Assembly (NCBI GenBank): GCA_032718475.1
Contig: JAUCBJ010003414.1
Span: 1 to 64,000, forward strand
Direction: 5' to 3'
From: Nemertoderma westbladi
Lineage: Eukaryota > Animalia > Xenacoelomorpha
Length of the DNA: 64,000 bases
The notes under the pieces are model-generated. The model ran no database searches. It saw only the letters and a program-made list of their open reading frames with translations, and was not told where the DNA came from. How positions within the stretch are numbered: the stretch's first letter is position 1; every line of letters starts with the position of its first letter. Positions 10,973 to 23,483 of this stretch are shown piece by piece. The position numbers and the translations under genes were made by a program.

Positions 10973-13146
10973 ATCCGTCATCTCGGTGAACTGTTTGGCG
11001 CTGATCGTTTCTGCTGGTTGCAACGTGGGTTTCCGAAAGGGTGTTTCTCGTGGAGGATTGTCAATGTATTGGTTCGTCGATCTTTCCTCCCGTTTGTAAT
11101 CAGCTGCTGCTGTCGCTCCAGTACGGAATATTTCCCTTTCCGTCGAGTCCGAGTTGCTAGATGAGCTATTTAGCTATGGTTGGCGGGTTCACGTCCGGCG
11201 TATTACCTTTTGTTGGGCTCGTTGTGGTCTGGAATCTACGGTTCTCCGTCGTTCGGTAGGCTCGCAAGCCTTCCACGAAGTCGTAGGTCTCATTAAACAT
11301 TGTTCGATCCTGTGGGTACTACCTACATCCGTCCTCCTCCGTTGTTCGGTAGGCTCGCAAGCCTTCCACGAAGTCGTAGGTCACGTCGAACATTGTGTCA
11401 AAGGTCTAATAAAGCAGTCGGGTTTCGTAGTCGGTCTATAAATAACTGGGTTCGTACAGCACGTCACAGGTTTAACTGCTAACGGCTTACTTAACTGTTT
11501 AATTGTCATAAACGCAGGTTCCTCTCTTCCTACAAGTAGACTACGACTTACTGTAGGTGGACTAGTTACATTACCTGCCAAAATTGGCGATGAAGTTGCC
11601 CTAGGTTGCGGTATTTCCATCACAACAAACCTGTTACCTTGAGTCGAGCGCACAGGTGTTATTTCCTTAGGTTTCGTAACAAAGACCAGGTTTATCAGAG
11701 TCGTGGGTTTGAGCATAGGAATCCCTTGTAGAAAACGTTTGCAGTAATCCTCGATGAACTCCTCTCCTCGATCTATCGCTCCCACACTTCCTTCCTCAAT
11801 TCGCTTCTGTATCCCGCGATATCGAGCTTCCAAGCGATCCAGGGCAGACAAGTTGTGTCCAGCTCACGATCTTATAGATCTATCTCTCGCGTCGAGTTCG
11901 AGGTCCGCTTGCGCGTTCGCTGCCTCGCGTGATCTACGATTTAGTTCGAACTGTAGTTGCATCTCCTTTTCGTGTCGATCTGCTACTTGTTGTTGTGCCG
12001 CTAACTCCGCTTCTTGTATAGCTAGTCGAGCGTTAATTTGTCTCACTTCCAACTTGGCGCGTGCGTCAGATGCCACTTTCTTCCGAGCTAACTCCGCTGC
12101 GTTTACTGTCGCAACTCGTCGGCTGCATGCAGCTTCTTGTGCCAAATCTTCCTACAGTCTTCTTAGTTCCAAGGCTTCGAATTCTGCTTGCGCTTTGAGT
12201 TGCGCAATCCTTGCCTCGTCTTCTCTTTGTTGTTTTTCTCCCTCGATGGCGATCTGTGCCATCTGCCGTTGCGCTTCTCCCTTGATGACTTGTTGTCGGC
12301 GTGCAACTTCCTGTTGTTGTCGAGTAATTACAGACGCTGTTCTACTAACGTCGCCAACGTCGCTCCGCATGCTAACAAATGATCTATCCAGTGGTGGATT
12401 TTGGTAGGCTCGCGAGCCTTCTGTAGCAAGAACTTCCGTCGTCCCTCGTGGTTCGACTTCCGGTTCTTCGATCGGTACGCCGTTTCTATGAAGAAAATTG
12501 GTGAGCGTCTCTAACCTCCCGTCCAGGCAGTATAGTTCTTCTTCCTCTTCGGGTTGTAACAACGCGTCCGAAACTGACTCACCTAGCAGTTGGTCGAACT
12601 CCTCCTGTTGAGCCAATCTTATTACTGACTTAAACTGGATAAGGCTTTCCCTCGCACTTACCAACTTATCTATTATCTTTACCTGAGTAAAGTTGTCGAC
12701 ACGCAACTCTGCAAGTTCGTGTAAACCTTTAAGTTTATCTACGGAGGCATATACCCTACTTTCTATCCTTACCTGTAAGGTGTAGAACTCGTATCTCGAC
12801 ATCAGGGCGGTTAACTCGCGTAAAACGCGAAAACCTTCTCTGAGGTTTAGAGTAATCTGGGCCACGTGTCCTCCTATACTTCAATGACATTTTCTTGGCT
12901 TCCCGCCAAGCTTACCATGTCTGGTTCCCGTGACCTGGTCTGCGGGACTGTAGGGAAATCCTCGATCCTGCCGTCGCCACGCATTGCGGCTTCCGGTATT
13001 TCTCTTCGGGGTACCGGCGACGCACGCGGTGTGACATCGGTGGAATCTCGGGTTCTCCTTCTCGGTTTGTCTACTGTCGATCTGTCCGGTTCGCACGAGT
13101 CATAGTCTGTAGGTGGGTATCGAGTCGAGTATGGTGTGTCACTCAT
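10973..13146 (-). pseudogene. A1 gag N-terminal half (frameshifted, coiled-coil)
   Basis: ORFs 12874-13146, 12152-12865, 11864-12145 and 11381-11851 are homologous to A2 gag 36776-38590; fused directly to integrase by a deletion near 10972. Confidence 0.8.
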
Positions 13147-14130
13147 GTCTTATTATATACGTCAAGTACGGGTAATAAAATATCAAAGTATCGGAATGTC
13201 GAAATGTCAAACTTACCTTGGTATATATATAGCATATATATACCCTAACCGGTACAAATAAATCAACAAAGTCAGAATGTCGAAATGTCAAAATGTCGAA
13301 ATGTCCAAATGTCAAACTTACCTTGATATATATATATATATATCATATATATACCCTAACCGGTACAAATAAAACTAACAAAGTATATAATAAAATATGT
13401 AATAATCTAGCCTACCGGCTAAATTTGTATGAATAAGTGAGATAACGGTATACGTTACCAAAATGTAGATCAACAAGTACAAATAATAGGCAAAACAGCA
13501 ACGTCTAACGGGAAATAAGTACCAACAACACTACTAATTAGACAGTGAAACCCACAAATTTTGAGTACTACTGTGCTTTTAAGTTTGAACGACACGAGTC
13601 GTAAAACTTACGCTCCTTTGATCTTCCAGTCATGCAAATTCCTAAATACAAACCGGACGTGGGTCGTTCCGTTTTTCGGCGTCGCGGACAAATTTTGTGT
13701 CTCCCAAACTTGCGAAAAGCGGTCTAATCCTCGAAGCAGTCCAGAAATGAGTCCTTGAGTCCTGAAAAGTCGAAGGTCAGAGTTTTACTTCTACTCTACG
13801 AAAAATCTTCCTAGGTACCGATACAACTTGGTCTTTAAACCCTATTTACCTTTTTAAGTACTGAAAAGTAACACCGCACACACACGGCGTAAAACAAATT
13901 GCTACTAACTAACTATTAGCTAGTCAAATATTAAATACGAAACTACTAGCTACCCTAAAGCCTACTGAAGCAGGGGACGTTCTACAAATTACTAATTTTA
14001 CTAATTTTAAATTGTAAGTATCTCCTACTTTTATAATAGCTAACAATATATTTATATCTCACTTTAGGTAAGATATATCTACCATTTGCAAATTACAATT
14101 TGCAAATTAAACAATAAATATACCTCACTT

Positions 14131-16310
14131 TGAGATCCTCTACGGTAACGGCTATCCTACGGCCTACATATCTACTAGTACGAAGCTATAGAGTATCTCT
14201 AACCGTAAAGTCCAGTAGTATACCGCTTACCAGATCCTAGTAACGATGTATCTTACCGTAAGATCTAGTAATGAAACGGGCTCGTACAGTATCTGACAAC
14301 AAATCCCAGTCCAGGGTATCTAAACAAACAGATACAATACACAAACGACTACTGGCGAGGAGCAGAGCCTAGTGTCTATTCATGTACGTGAGCGGGTCTA
14401 ATGCCTACAAACTAGACAAAAGGAAACCTGTCCTCTAACCAGTATGGCAGATGTACAGTTACAGTAACAGACCAAACTCACGGGAAAACAATCCCCGCGC
14501 AGCGAATCCTAAGTATCGCTGACAGTCCTAAATACCATAACTTGCCGCGGTGTGATTTATATGGTTTATATACGAGCTAGTGGGTTAACATACCTAGCGT
14601 AACAATACTGATCCCCCTGTACGAAATCAGTCTAAAGAGGGTCGTGCCTAATGTAACAATACCGCTGCTCTGACAAAACAACACTTTAATAACAAAATAA
14701 ATACTCCTTCTTGCCGTAACTAAATATCAGATCCTAAAATTACAAAATACCAACAGTGAGTTATATATATATTCTGCCTAAAGTAACCTAACGTGCGCTA
14801 TGTAGTAGAACTCTAAGGGTAAATATGTTTTAGGGCGTGTGTATGTGGGTGTGTTACAATAAAACAATTTTGGTGTATATCATTTTACTAGGTTTTAGTG
14901 ATTTTCTGACCAAAACAATACCGTGCGCTAGCTACGAAAATAAGCTAGTCGCGTTTTGTAGAACTTTATACTTATAAATGACGTCAAAGCTCTCTCCTTC
15001 CTATCCACAACTCAACCGGGCAATTACGGTGTTAGTAACTACACCCGTGATCGGCACAAATACCAGATTCTGGTTGTAAGATAAGAAATAGGGGTTAATC
15101 GCTACCATATGTTAGCTGATCTGGTATACAAATTTGATTCTAGAACTTTGTTGCCGCAGTGGTTAGCAGCAATACCTATCAGTACGTGGCAAGGTGCGGT
15201 AGGATATTAATAAACCTCCCAAGGCCAAGCGGTGTGCCGGTAGCAGAAATACTCCTTGCCTGATCAAATAACTAAGGTTCAGACAGGGGGGGGGGGGGGG
15301 GGGGGGTACTAATGTATGTTCTACAAAGCGAACCGGTACCAAACGGTCAGTGCTTCGAATCACTAAATTATGGAACATATGCTGTCCTTACTCGCGTACT
15401 GACGAACGGCAATAGCTCACACCTGTGAGGTATACAGGTTAACCCAGGGATTTGTAGTACTGACGGGGGGGGGGGGGTTCTGTCAGAATATAATTATTTG
15501 ATCCTAAATTTTGCGGTGCGCCAGAATGGCGTCACACTTACCCTGATCTATAGGTCTTACGTCGGGCAAGGGCGTCAAACAAAGTCTTACCTTCCTCTGA
15601 AATCGGCGCTGCATGGCAAGGTGGAGTATTTCGAAGGGCGAAGGGGGTGCGCGGTCTAATCCAATGTGGGCGCTAGCGTGTTGTGGACATCTTTCCCTGC
15701 GTTGCTGATGGCCTAACGGTCTAGGCGGCCATCTCCTCAATGCTTGGCTGTCCCAAAGGTGGACGTTCGAAAATATACATGTTCAGAAGTTTACAGTATA
15801 TTTACAGTTTAGCAAATGATTTATCAAACAGATTTATAACAAAACAAATACTAAGTGTCTAAATGAAGTAAGGATTGATATAACAAGAATGGTGATAACC
15901 GAAGGCAAACCAGCCCTTTATATACTAAACTGGGATATAGAATCCGCTAGAACCTTCCAGAGTATTCCATGGCCTCACATTGGAGCAATAAGATGTTCTA
16001 TGCCCTATGATTGGCCCAACTCATCGTTCCATGTGTTGTACGCACCTCATTGGTTTATCAAATTGTACCAAATGAAAATAAATTGCCCCAAAATGCAAAT
16101 TTCCCGACTGGGATTCGAATTCGTAACCTATCTGTAATGCAACCAACGCCTTAACCATCTGACCACTACGCCATGAGATTAACTACGGGTTTTATGTGTA
16201 CCAATATGAATAGGCATATTACATTACTGTAATTTAATCAAAATTCGTCGGATTTTAGAAAGTTTTTACGTTAAACTACAAATGCTATCTTATAGTGAAA
16301 TAATCCATCA
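14131..16310 (-). repeat. A1 5' LTR (2180 bp, most complete LTR copy)
   Basis: TGA...TCA ends; aligns with 25595-27214 and 45353-47303. Confidence 0.88.
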
Positions 16311-17224
16311 GGCATTACTGTGCCTCTACCTGCTGAACGGTAAAACAAGGATAGTGCTGAACTACATGCTGTTTACATTACTGTTACATTACTGGTTGAC
16401 TGGCGACAATGCTTTCTACGTATATTAGACTCGACTCCTTCAAAAAACTTTTCGGCAGCAAATATGTAAAATTTAATGCTGATTATTTTTTCACTGTTTT
16501 TCGAGGGTTTATAGTGTTTTCCCTATGTTTACGGATATTACTTAAGGTGTGCTATGCGAGGAGTACATTTAGGATTACCAATTTAGTATAGTACATGTGT
16601 TCATTTATAATATTTTCCTATAATAAATTAATAATTCAATTAATAATTTCCCGCTTATCAATATTTTCACTATTTTCCGGGTGTATTACAGTGTTTTTCT
16701 TGTTTTTCTGTTTTCTTAGTGTTTTTCTGTTCTACTAGTGTTTTCCTAATTTAGAACTATCTTATTTTGTGTTAGAGAATAAGGATTGTTTTTGAGAATA
16801 AACAAGGATCAAGATTAGGATGGATTGGATGGATTTAAAGAAAATGAATTTGAGTTTTCCTTTTGTGACCCGAGTTTCACTCTTTCTATAACTATTTTAA
16901 ACTGTAGAATTACATATTGCAGTTGAATTTGATTGAATATTGATTCCAAATATTATCATCAGACCACTCTTGAACTGATAAACTACAAATTGAAAGAAAA
17001 CCTAGAAATAGTATTATTCCTAAAAGTTGACATTATTACCGAATTATAGGGAAAGTTCCCAGATAAACGATTGATCTGTATCTCTTCTGTGGGATATAAA
17101 GTGTTGAATAGAAAGACATGTAATTTATGTTATATCAAAATGCTTACTTTTGTCCTTAAAGTCGATGTACCATTACATTATTTATCTATTTATTTAATAT
17201 TTTAATCATTATTGGTTAACTCAC

Positions 17225-17872
17225 TGTTAGGTGGAGTGTAATTTAGGAGCTCATCGTATGCTTCTCCTAATTGTTTCACAGGGAGAGAACAAGGGTAATA
17301 TCGAGCATGGGCAATAAAACCTGGGAAGGCTTGTGCAGCGTTGTAAATACGTTTTCCTAAATACAGATTCACAGTGCTATCCAATGCTGCTCTATGGGTA
17401 TTTGGAGTGTCGAACTCCATTCTTCTGTAATCTGCACTACCAACTCTTCGACTGTAAAGGGATGTTTGTTTATTAGCAGCACTCACACCAACCGCAACGA
17501 AATACCATTCATTGGAGGTGATGGCGTTGGGAAATGCTTGAGTGGCTGACGATATTGGATTATAGTACAATTGACGAGCATCAGGCCAAATCCATAGATG
17601 TGTTCCATAGTTTACAGTGTCGCCAAACTCAAATATTGGGCCACCTCCAGGCGTATTGATAAAGGCCAACATTGTAAGAGATTCTGAGGTTAACTCATTT
17701 GGATCATGTGCGATTGATATGTAGCCGTTAGTGAAATCTATCGCTTGGTTTTCTACACCGCCTGGTCCAAGTCCATATCTTAATGTTCCAACAATGTCTC
17801 CATGGAGATTTGGTAATTTGTTCTGTCCACCGTCAACCAAGTTCAGTGGCCACCATGAATCAAATTGGCAGT
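17225..17872 (-). CDS. Host exon, LamG/concanavalin A-like domain
   Basis: 648-nt exon, tttgcAG acceptor and A|GTGAGT donor, phase 1 at both ends and so compatible with the EGF exons; WWPLN, GPGG..NQAIDF, NEWYFVAV, LYLG, FPGFIAHARYY. Confidence 0.8.
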
Positions 17873-18529
17873 CTGCAAATAATTAAGGAATACACATATG
17901 ATTTTTTTCTGAATGATATATTGATAACATTTACTACAACTACTAGGTCGAGCGAGCTCAGACACTTTCAGTGCTGATAACTTTTACACCAAACTAAGTA
18001 TGTGTTATTTGCATCGATTTTCGTCTGGAGAGGGAGGAATTTAGATGCTTCGAAAGTCCCCCCCCCCCCTCCCCTCCACCTATCTTAGTGAAAAAAAGTG
18101 AACAAAGTTTCCTATTGGATAATTCATCATTAAATTGCTGTTCCGATTGTATTCCAATTGTAGATGTGTGCCGCTCTGTAAATGAAACTGAGTAGAGATC
18201 AATGAAAACTACAATCTGATATAACGTATTGTACTTAAGTCGATAAAAATCGAAAAGTCGAAAAAAATACGACCAACCAGGTTTTTGCTCCATTGACACA
18301 GTGGGTGGTCTGCTAACCAAAATCCGCGAAAATCCGCCAATTGAAACTCTAGTTATTGACCCTTGACTCTTCGACTATAGAGGAATGTGTGCTTTTATTA
18401 GCTACCCCGCGTTAGGCTGTTTTTTTTTATCTATTTCTGCCAGATTATTAATTGGGGGGGGGGGGGGGGGGGGGGGATTATGCCCGGAATTAAGTTCCAT
18501 AGTGTGCATGTTTAAATGACACAAAGAAC

Positions 18530-18690
18530 CTTGGCTGTCATTCTTGCCTATCAGCCATTATTCTCCTTACATATTCGAAGCTCTTCATCTGACTTCCACA
18601 TACATTAACCCAAATAGCGGAAGTCATACATATGATCAAGCATGTCATCCTTATGGCTTATGTATATTTGAACATAGAATTCATAAGGAC
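18530..18690 (-). mobile_element. Old, decayed RTE LINE remnant
   Basis: Diverged nucleotide similarity to 20700-20870 (cttacatattcgaag..ctgacttcc..caagcat..catcct). Confidence 0.6.
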
Positions 18691-19039
18691 TATCAGATGA
18701 TCAATAACTCATTCACTTTGGCTCTCATTCACTTGATCAGTACTTTGCAAAGTTCATTTAACTTAAGTTGATAAAACGTTCCAAATCACTTGATCAGTAA
18801 GTCGCTTGTCTCTCAATCACTTGATCAATAAGTTTCTTGGTTCTAAATCAGTTGATGGCGTTCCCCTGGTTGTAACGAATCTTTATCGCCAGTTATTTTG
18901 CTATATTCCTGAAATATTTCAAAATAAGCGAAAAATTATTTTGGTCAAGTAATCACTACCAACATGATACAGTTTTGGTTAGCTCTGTAAATGTTTATAA
19001 AAATTTAAAACAGATTAATTCACCAGCATCATCTTGATT

Positions 19040-19292
19040 AAGTAGTTATTTCGTCCAGATCACCCCTTGATATATAGCAGCTGTAATACCGGAACTGAGA
19101 TATATATCCTGGGAAGGGTTGACTTGGAAACCCACATGTCCCACAAATATGCCGACCCAAAGAAAGGTTGGAAACACTATCATGATCATGTCTATTAGTA
19201 TTTATTGTGTTGGCAAAATCTATACTTGTATGTTCAGAACTTCCAACTCATCGACTGTAAAGGAATGTGTGCTTATTAACTGCACTCACCGG
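19040..19292 (-). pseudogene. Degenerate partial duplicate of the LamG exon
   Basis: VSAVNKHTFLYSR*VGS...DSVSNLSLGR...FPGYISQFRYYSC aligns to VSAANKQTSLYSRRVGS...DSTVNLYLGK...FPGFIAHARYYPC; in-frame stop. Confidence 0.75.
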
Positions 19293-19449
19293 TGCATAAC
19301 CATTAACCATGCAATATTTGAACGCTCATATCCCAGCTATTTTTAAACGAAATTCAAATTGTGTTACATATTTGGAATCCTTGCATATGGTCAGCTTTCC
19401 ATTGGTACCAACAAACAGCTATAAGGTAGAATAATAACTGCGGTGTAAC

Positions 19450-21613
19450 TGTTGTAATATTGCGGTTATATTTAAAAATATCGAGACATGAAAAATATCG
19501 AGAGTAAAAATAACGCGAGTAAAAACATCGAGTGTTGAAAAATAACGATAATCGTTTTCCATTGGTAATCGCTTTCCATTGGTACCAACAAACAGCTATA
19601 AGGTAGAATAATAACTGCGGTGTAACTGTTGTAATATTGCGGTTATATTTAAAAATATCGAGACATGAAAAATATCGAGAGTAAAAATAACGCGAGTAAA
19701 AACATCGAGTGTTGAAAAATAACGATAATATCGAGAGTTCAAAAAATATCGAGAGTAAAAATATCGAGGGTAAAAATATCGAGAGTAAAAATACCGAGTG
19801 TTGAAAAATATCGAGAGTAAAAATATCGAGAGTAAAAATATCGAGTGTTGAAAAATATCGAGAGTAAAAATATCGAGTGTTGAAAAATATCGAGAGTAAA
19901 AATATCGAGTGTTGAAAAATATCGAGAGTAAAAATATCGAGTGTTGAAAAATATTGAGTGTTGAAAAATATCGAGTGTTGAAAAATATCGGTTGTTGAAA
20001 AATATCGAGAGTAAAAATATCGAGTGTTGAAAAATATAGAATGTTGAAAAATATCGAGAGTAAAAATATCGATATTAACAATTTTTTAAATAAGGGTTGT
20101 ATGATATTTTTTTTTTAACTAAAAATGTTCTAGAACAACAATATTTATTAACATTTAGTAGCTTATACAGTACGTGTTCTACTACTACTACTACTACTGG
20201 GATCGGCATGCTGCATTGCAGCTCCATTTTTAAGAATGCTGTGCCGGCTAGTCAACAAAATTGCACCGCCACAACTCCCTATCACCCATGACATTTGCTA
20301 GATCATCCGCATCTTCAAGGCCAGTGTCCTTTAAGATGCGTCTCAAGAAAGTAATGGGCTGTCCACCATGCTTATTCACTCCATGAGGCTGCCAAAGTAC
20401 AAGATTATGCACTGGCTGGTCCTCACGGCGAAAGCAATGTCCTGCAAAGCGGAGGCGATTTTGTTCTAGTGTCAAGCTTGGGGGAACCAATGAGACACCT
20501 CCAATGTTATATAGTGTCTGGTTGGAGATGTGTGCATTGTACTTGACACAATGAACCCGGCGTAGCATTCTTGTGAATGTGCCATCCAGAGATTTGGTGT
20601 CCTCAGCAGTTAGAGCCCAGCATGGACTCCCGTAGAGGAGTACTGGAACTACTGCTGCTCTAAATAATCGGACCTTAAGTTTCCGATTAATTCTCGGTGA
20701 CTTCCAAATCCTTGAAAGCCTATTCAAGGCTGCCCATGCCTTTCCCTTACGTATTCGAAGGTCCTCACCTGACTTCCGGATCCATGATCCCAGGTAACAG
20801 AAGTCGTCCACATGCTCAAGCATACCATCCTTTGAGCTTATGCTCATCCGATCATAGACTTGCTGAGGACTTTCAAAGTACGTGTTCTAATATAATATTT
20901 AACAATATTTATAATATTTATCAAAATTTATAGCTAGCACTTCTTTTATAATATTTATTAAAAAAATAGCAAAAAATAGCTAGTATAATAAATCTGGTAA
21001 ATGGGTACCCAAGGTGTATTACATAATGCCATTCACTTGCACTTGCACTGTTGTAACCCATGCACTGCAATATTGTTCCATAATTCTAAATAAAATGCTC
21101 AAGCAAAATGCAATATTTTTACTCTTGATATTTTTCAACACTCGATATTTTTCAACACTCGATATTTTTAATCTCGATATTTTTCAACACTCGATATTTT
21201 CAACACTCGTTATTTTTACTTTCGAAATTTTTCAACACTCAATATTTTTACTCTCGATATTTTTCAACACTCGATATTTTTACTCTCGATATTTTTCAAC
21301 ACTCGATATTTTTACTCTCGATATTTTTCAACACTCGATATTTTTACTCTCGATATTTTTCAACACTCGATATTTTTGCTCTCGATATTTTTCAACACTC
21401 GATATTGTTACTCTCGATATTTTTCAACACTCGATATTTTTCAACACTGGTTATTTTCGATATTTTTCATCTCGCGTTATTTTTACTCTCGATATTTTTT
21501 TATCACGTTAATTTTCAACACTCGTTATTTTTACTCTCGATATTTTCACTCTCGTTGTTTTTACTCTCGATATTTTTCAAGTCTCGATATTTTTCACCAT
21601 TACCAATATTGCT
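19450..21613. mobile_element. Foldback-type element with long modular inverted repeats
   Basis: Arrays of 15/17-nt units AAAAATATCGAGAGT / AAAAATATCGAGTGTTG at 19475-20075 and their reverse complement at 21115-21600; matching outer ends AATATTG..AAAAATATCGAGAC; left end locally duplicated. Confidence 0.7.
20182..20876 (-). mobile_element. 5'-truncated RTE LINE (young family)
   Basis: FCYLGS, VLLYGS..W, RLRFAGH motifs; (TAG)n tail; TSD AGTACGTGTTCTA at 20169-20181 and 20877-20889. Confidence 0.92.
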
Positions 21614-22045
21614 GGAGACTCTTTTTTATAAACGCTTGTAGCTAAAGATTGAAAGCAAAAATAAAAATTCTGGCTCACCCAGTCAGTGGTCAGGAGGTGA
21701 AACTATCTCTGTTTCAAATTTCATGCAATCTCATTAAGATTTGTAGAAAAATTAGTGGGGAGGGTGGGGGGGGGGGGGGGGGGGGGTGTAATCGGATTCA
21801 ATTCCGAGCATTACCCACCTAAAACGGGACTAGTGGCATTTTACCAATATAGTTGGGGATGTGAGATTACCAATAATAATCTCACCTCATAACCAACTGG
21901 GGGGGGGGGGGGGGGGGGATACACGCCGCAAGCCATAGAGGAAGGTGAGAGGTCAAACCACCTCACAGGGACAAACAAGCTAGTGAGGCTAGCACCAAGG
22001 GGTAACACCAACAAGGAGTGGCGAGGTGAGCATTAATCGGGTTAA

Positions 22046-23110
22046 CCCTATTAAACCCGGGGGGGGGGGGGGGGTCAATATGACCCCTTCCCCGTGGTTT
22101 TTTTATTATAATTCTGAAACAAACACAGTTGGGAATCTGAAATTTTATGACTTTTCCTAAAAATCTATTGTCTTCCTAGTAGTGAAAACCGTTTTTAAAA
22201 ATATTGGGTACTTTTCGAGTTATAGCACCATTTTTTAACCCTAGTTTTGGCACTTTTTTTGAGACGTTTTTTGAAAATTACATTTCATTAAATATGAATT
22301 GTAACATCTTTATTTTTGATTTACACCGGTTTTTTGGTGTTAGAAATTGGATGGAATTCATATAAATTGATTTAGAAATTTCAAACTTGTTTTTTTCGGT
22401 GGGTGCCAAATTTTGGTGCTAGCACCAAATTTTGAAATAAGTCAATTTTGTAAATTGATTGTTTGAAACTTGTTTTTTACGCAATTGAGGTTTTTTGGGG
22501 TTCTGGATTCGATGAAATATATACGAGTAGCACCAAGCGTATCAAACTTGTATTTTTCGGTGCTGTGTGCAAATTTTGGTGCTAGCACGAAATTTTGAAA
22601 ATCCATTCAATAGATAAAATTGCTTGTGACAATTTAATTCTTGCGTTTTAGAGGTTTATGGCTGTTCTGAATTCAATGGAAAATATAATTATCGAACTAG
22701 ACATCTCAAACTTGTATTTTTCGGATGTGGGTGCAAAATGTGGTGCTAGCACCAAATTTTGAAAACCATCAAATATATCAATTGATAGTGTCACCTTGTT
22801 TCTTGCGTTATACGGGTTTGTGATGGTTCTGAATTCAATGGAATCAGTAAAAATTTCATAAGAGTTCTCAAACTTGTATTTTTCGCCGGTGTGTGAAAAT
22901 TGTTGTGCCAGCACCAAATTTTGGAATATATGCAAATTGATAAGTAGATAGTATCACCTTTTTCTTGCGTTATACGGGTTTATGAGGGTCCTGAATCCGA
23001 TGGAATCAATATAAACAGCACTGGACATCGCAAACTTGTACTTTTTGGTGATGGGTACGAAATTTGGTGCTAGCACCAAAATTTGCCAAATTACGCCGAA
23101 AAATACAAGT
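22046..23110 (+). mobile_element. Possible piggyBac-type non-autonomous element with an internal ~163-bp tandem repeat (about 5 units)
   Basis: TTAA|CCCT start followed by GGGGTCAATATGACCCC; GGTGCTAGCAC recurs near 22415, 22578, 22742, 22906 (degenerate) and 23067; right end not found. Confidence 0.5.
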
Positions 23111-23483
23111 ACCCAGTAGTTTAGGGCTACAACCAATATGTGTCAACGATATAACCCTTGTAATTACTGATTATTAGTTAGTTGATTCTGGAGACCGTAA
23201 TCCGGTTGTGAGACCGGAATAGTTTTTGACCTTCATTACCGTTACTGTTTCTATTGCATATTATTATATTCAGACTGTGCTATAATCAATTGCTGTGATT
23301 ATCAATACTGACAACTAACTGTGTTGTTTTCCATCGGCCTTTGGCCAAACATATATCCTGCCTTCAGCCCAGCAGCCCAGCGACGCAACGACGCGTACAA
23401 CCTACACCGGTCAGTATCCACGACTGTCAACTCAAGTGGATACCATCACAGTCAAAACATACCAACGACACAACTAATAAACT

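Larger units (their letters stand above)
5139..16310 (-). mobile_element. BEL/Pao LTR retrotransposon, family A copy A1 (PR/RT/RNase H deleted, 3' LTR truncated)
   Basis: 5' LTR 14131-16310, gag remnant, BEL-type integrase, accessory ORFs, GGAGCGG purine tract and 54 nt of 3' LTR; collinear with copy A2. Confidence 0.92.

Noticed and set aside
11754-12407. Long antisense ORFs over gag (also 37429-37985 and 24245-24720)
   Set aside because: Shadow frames of Glu/Arg/Gln-rich coiled-coil coding sequence.
5647-12421. Recurrent palindromic 20-mer as a CRISPR repeat
   Set aside because: Spacing is irregular (93 nt to kilobases), sites lie inside retrotransposon ORFs, there are no cas genes and the context is eukaryotic.
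19596-21645. ORFs 19596-20081, 21014-21511, 21376-21645 and 21405-21641
   Set aside because: Translations of the 15/17-nt repeat arrays.
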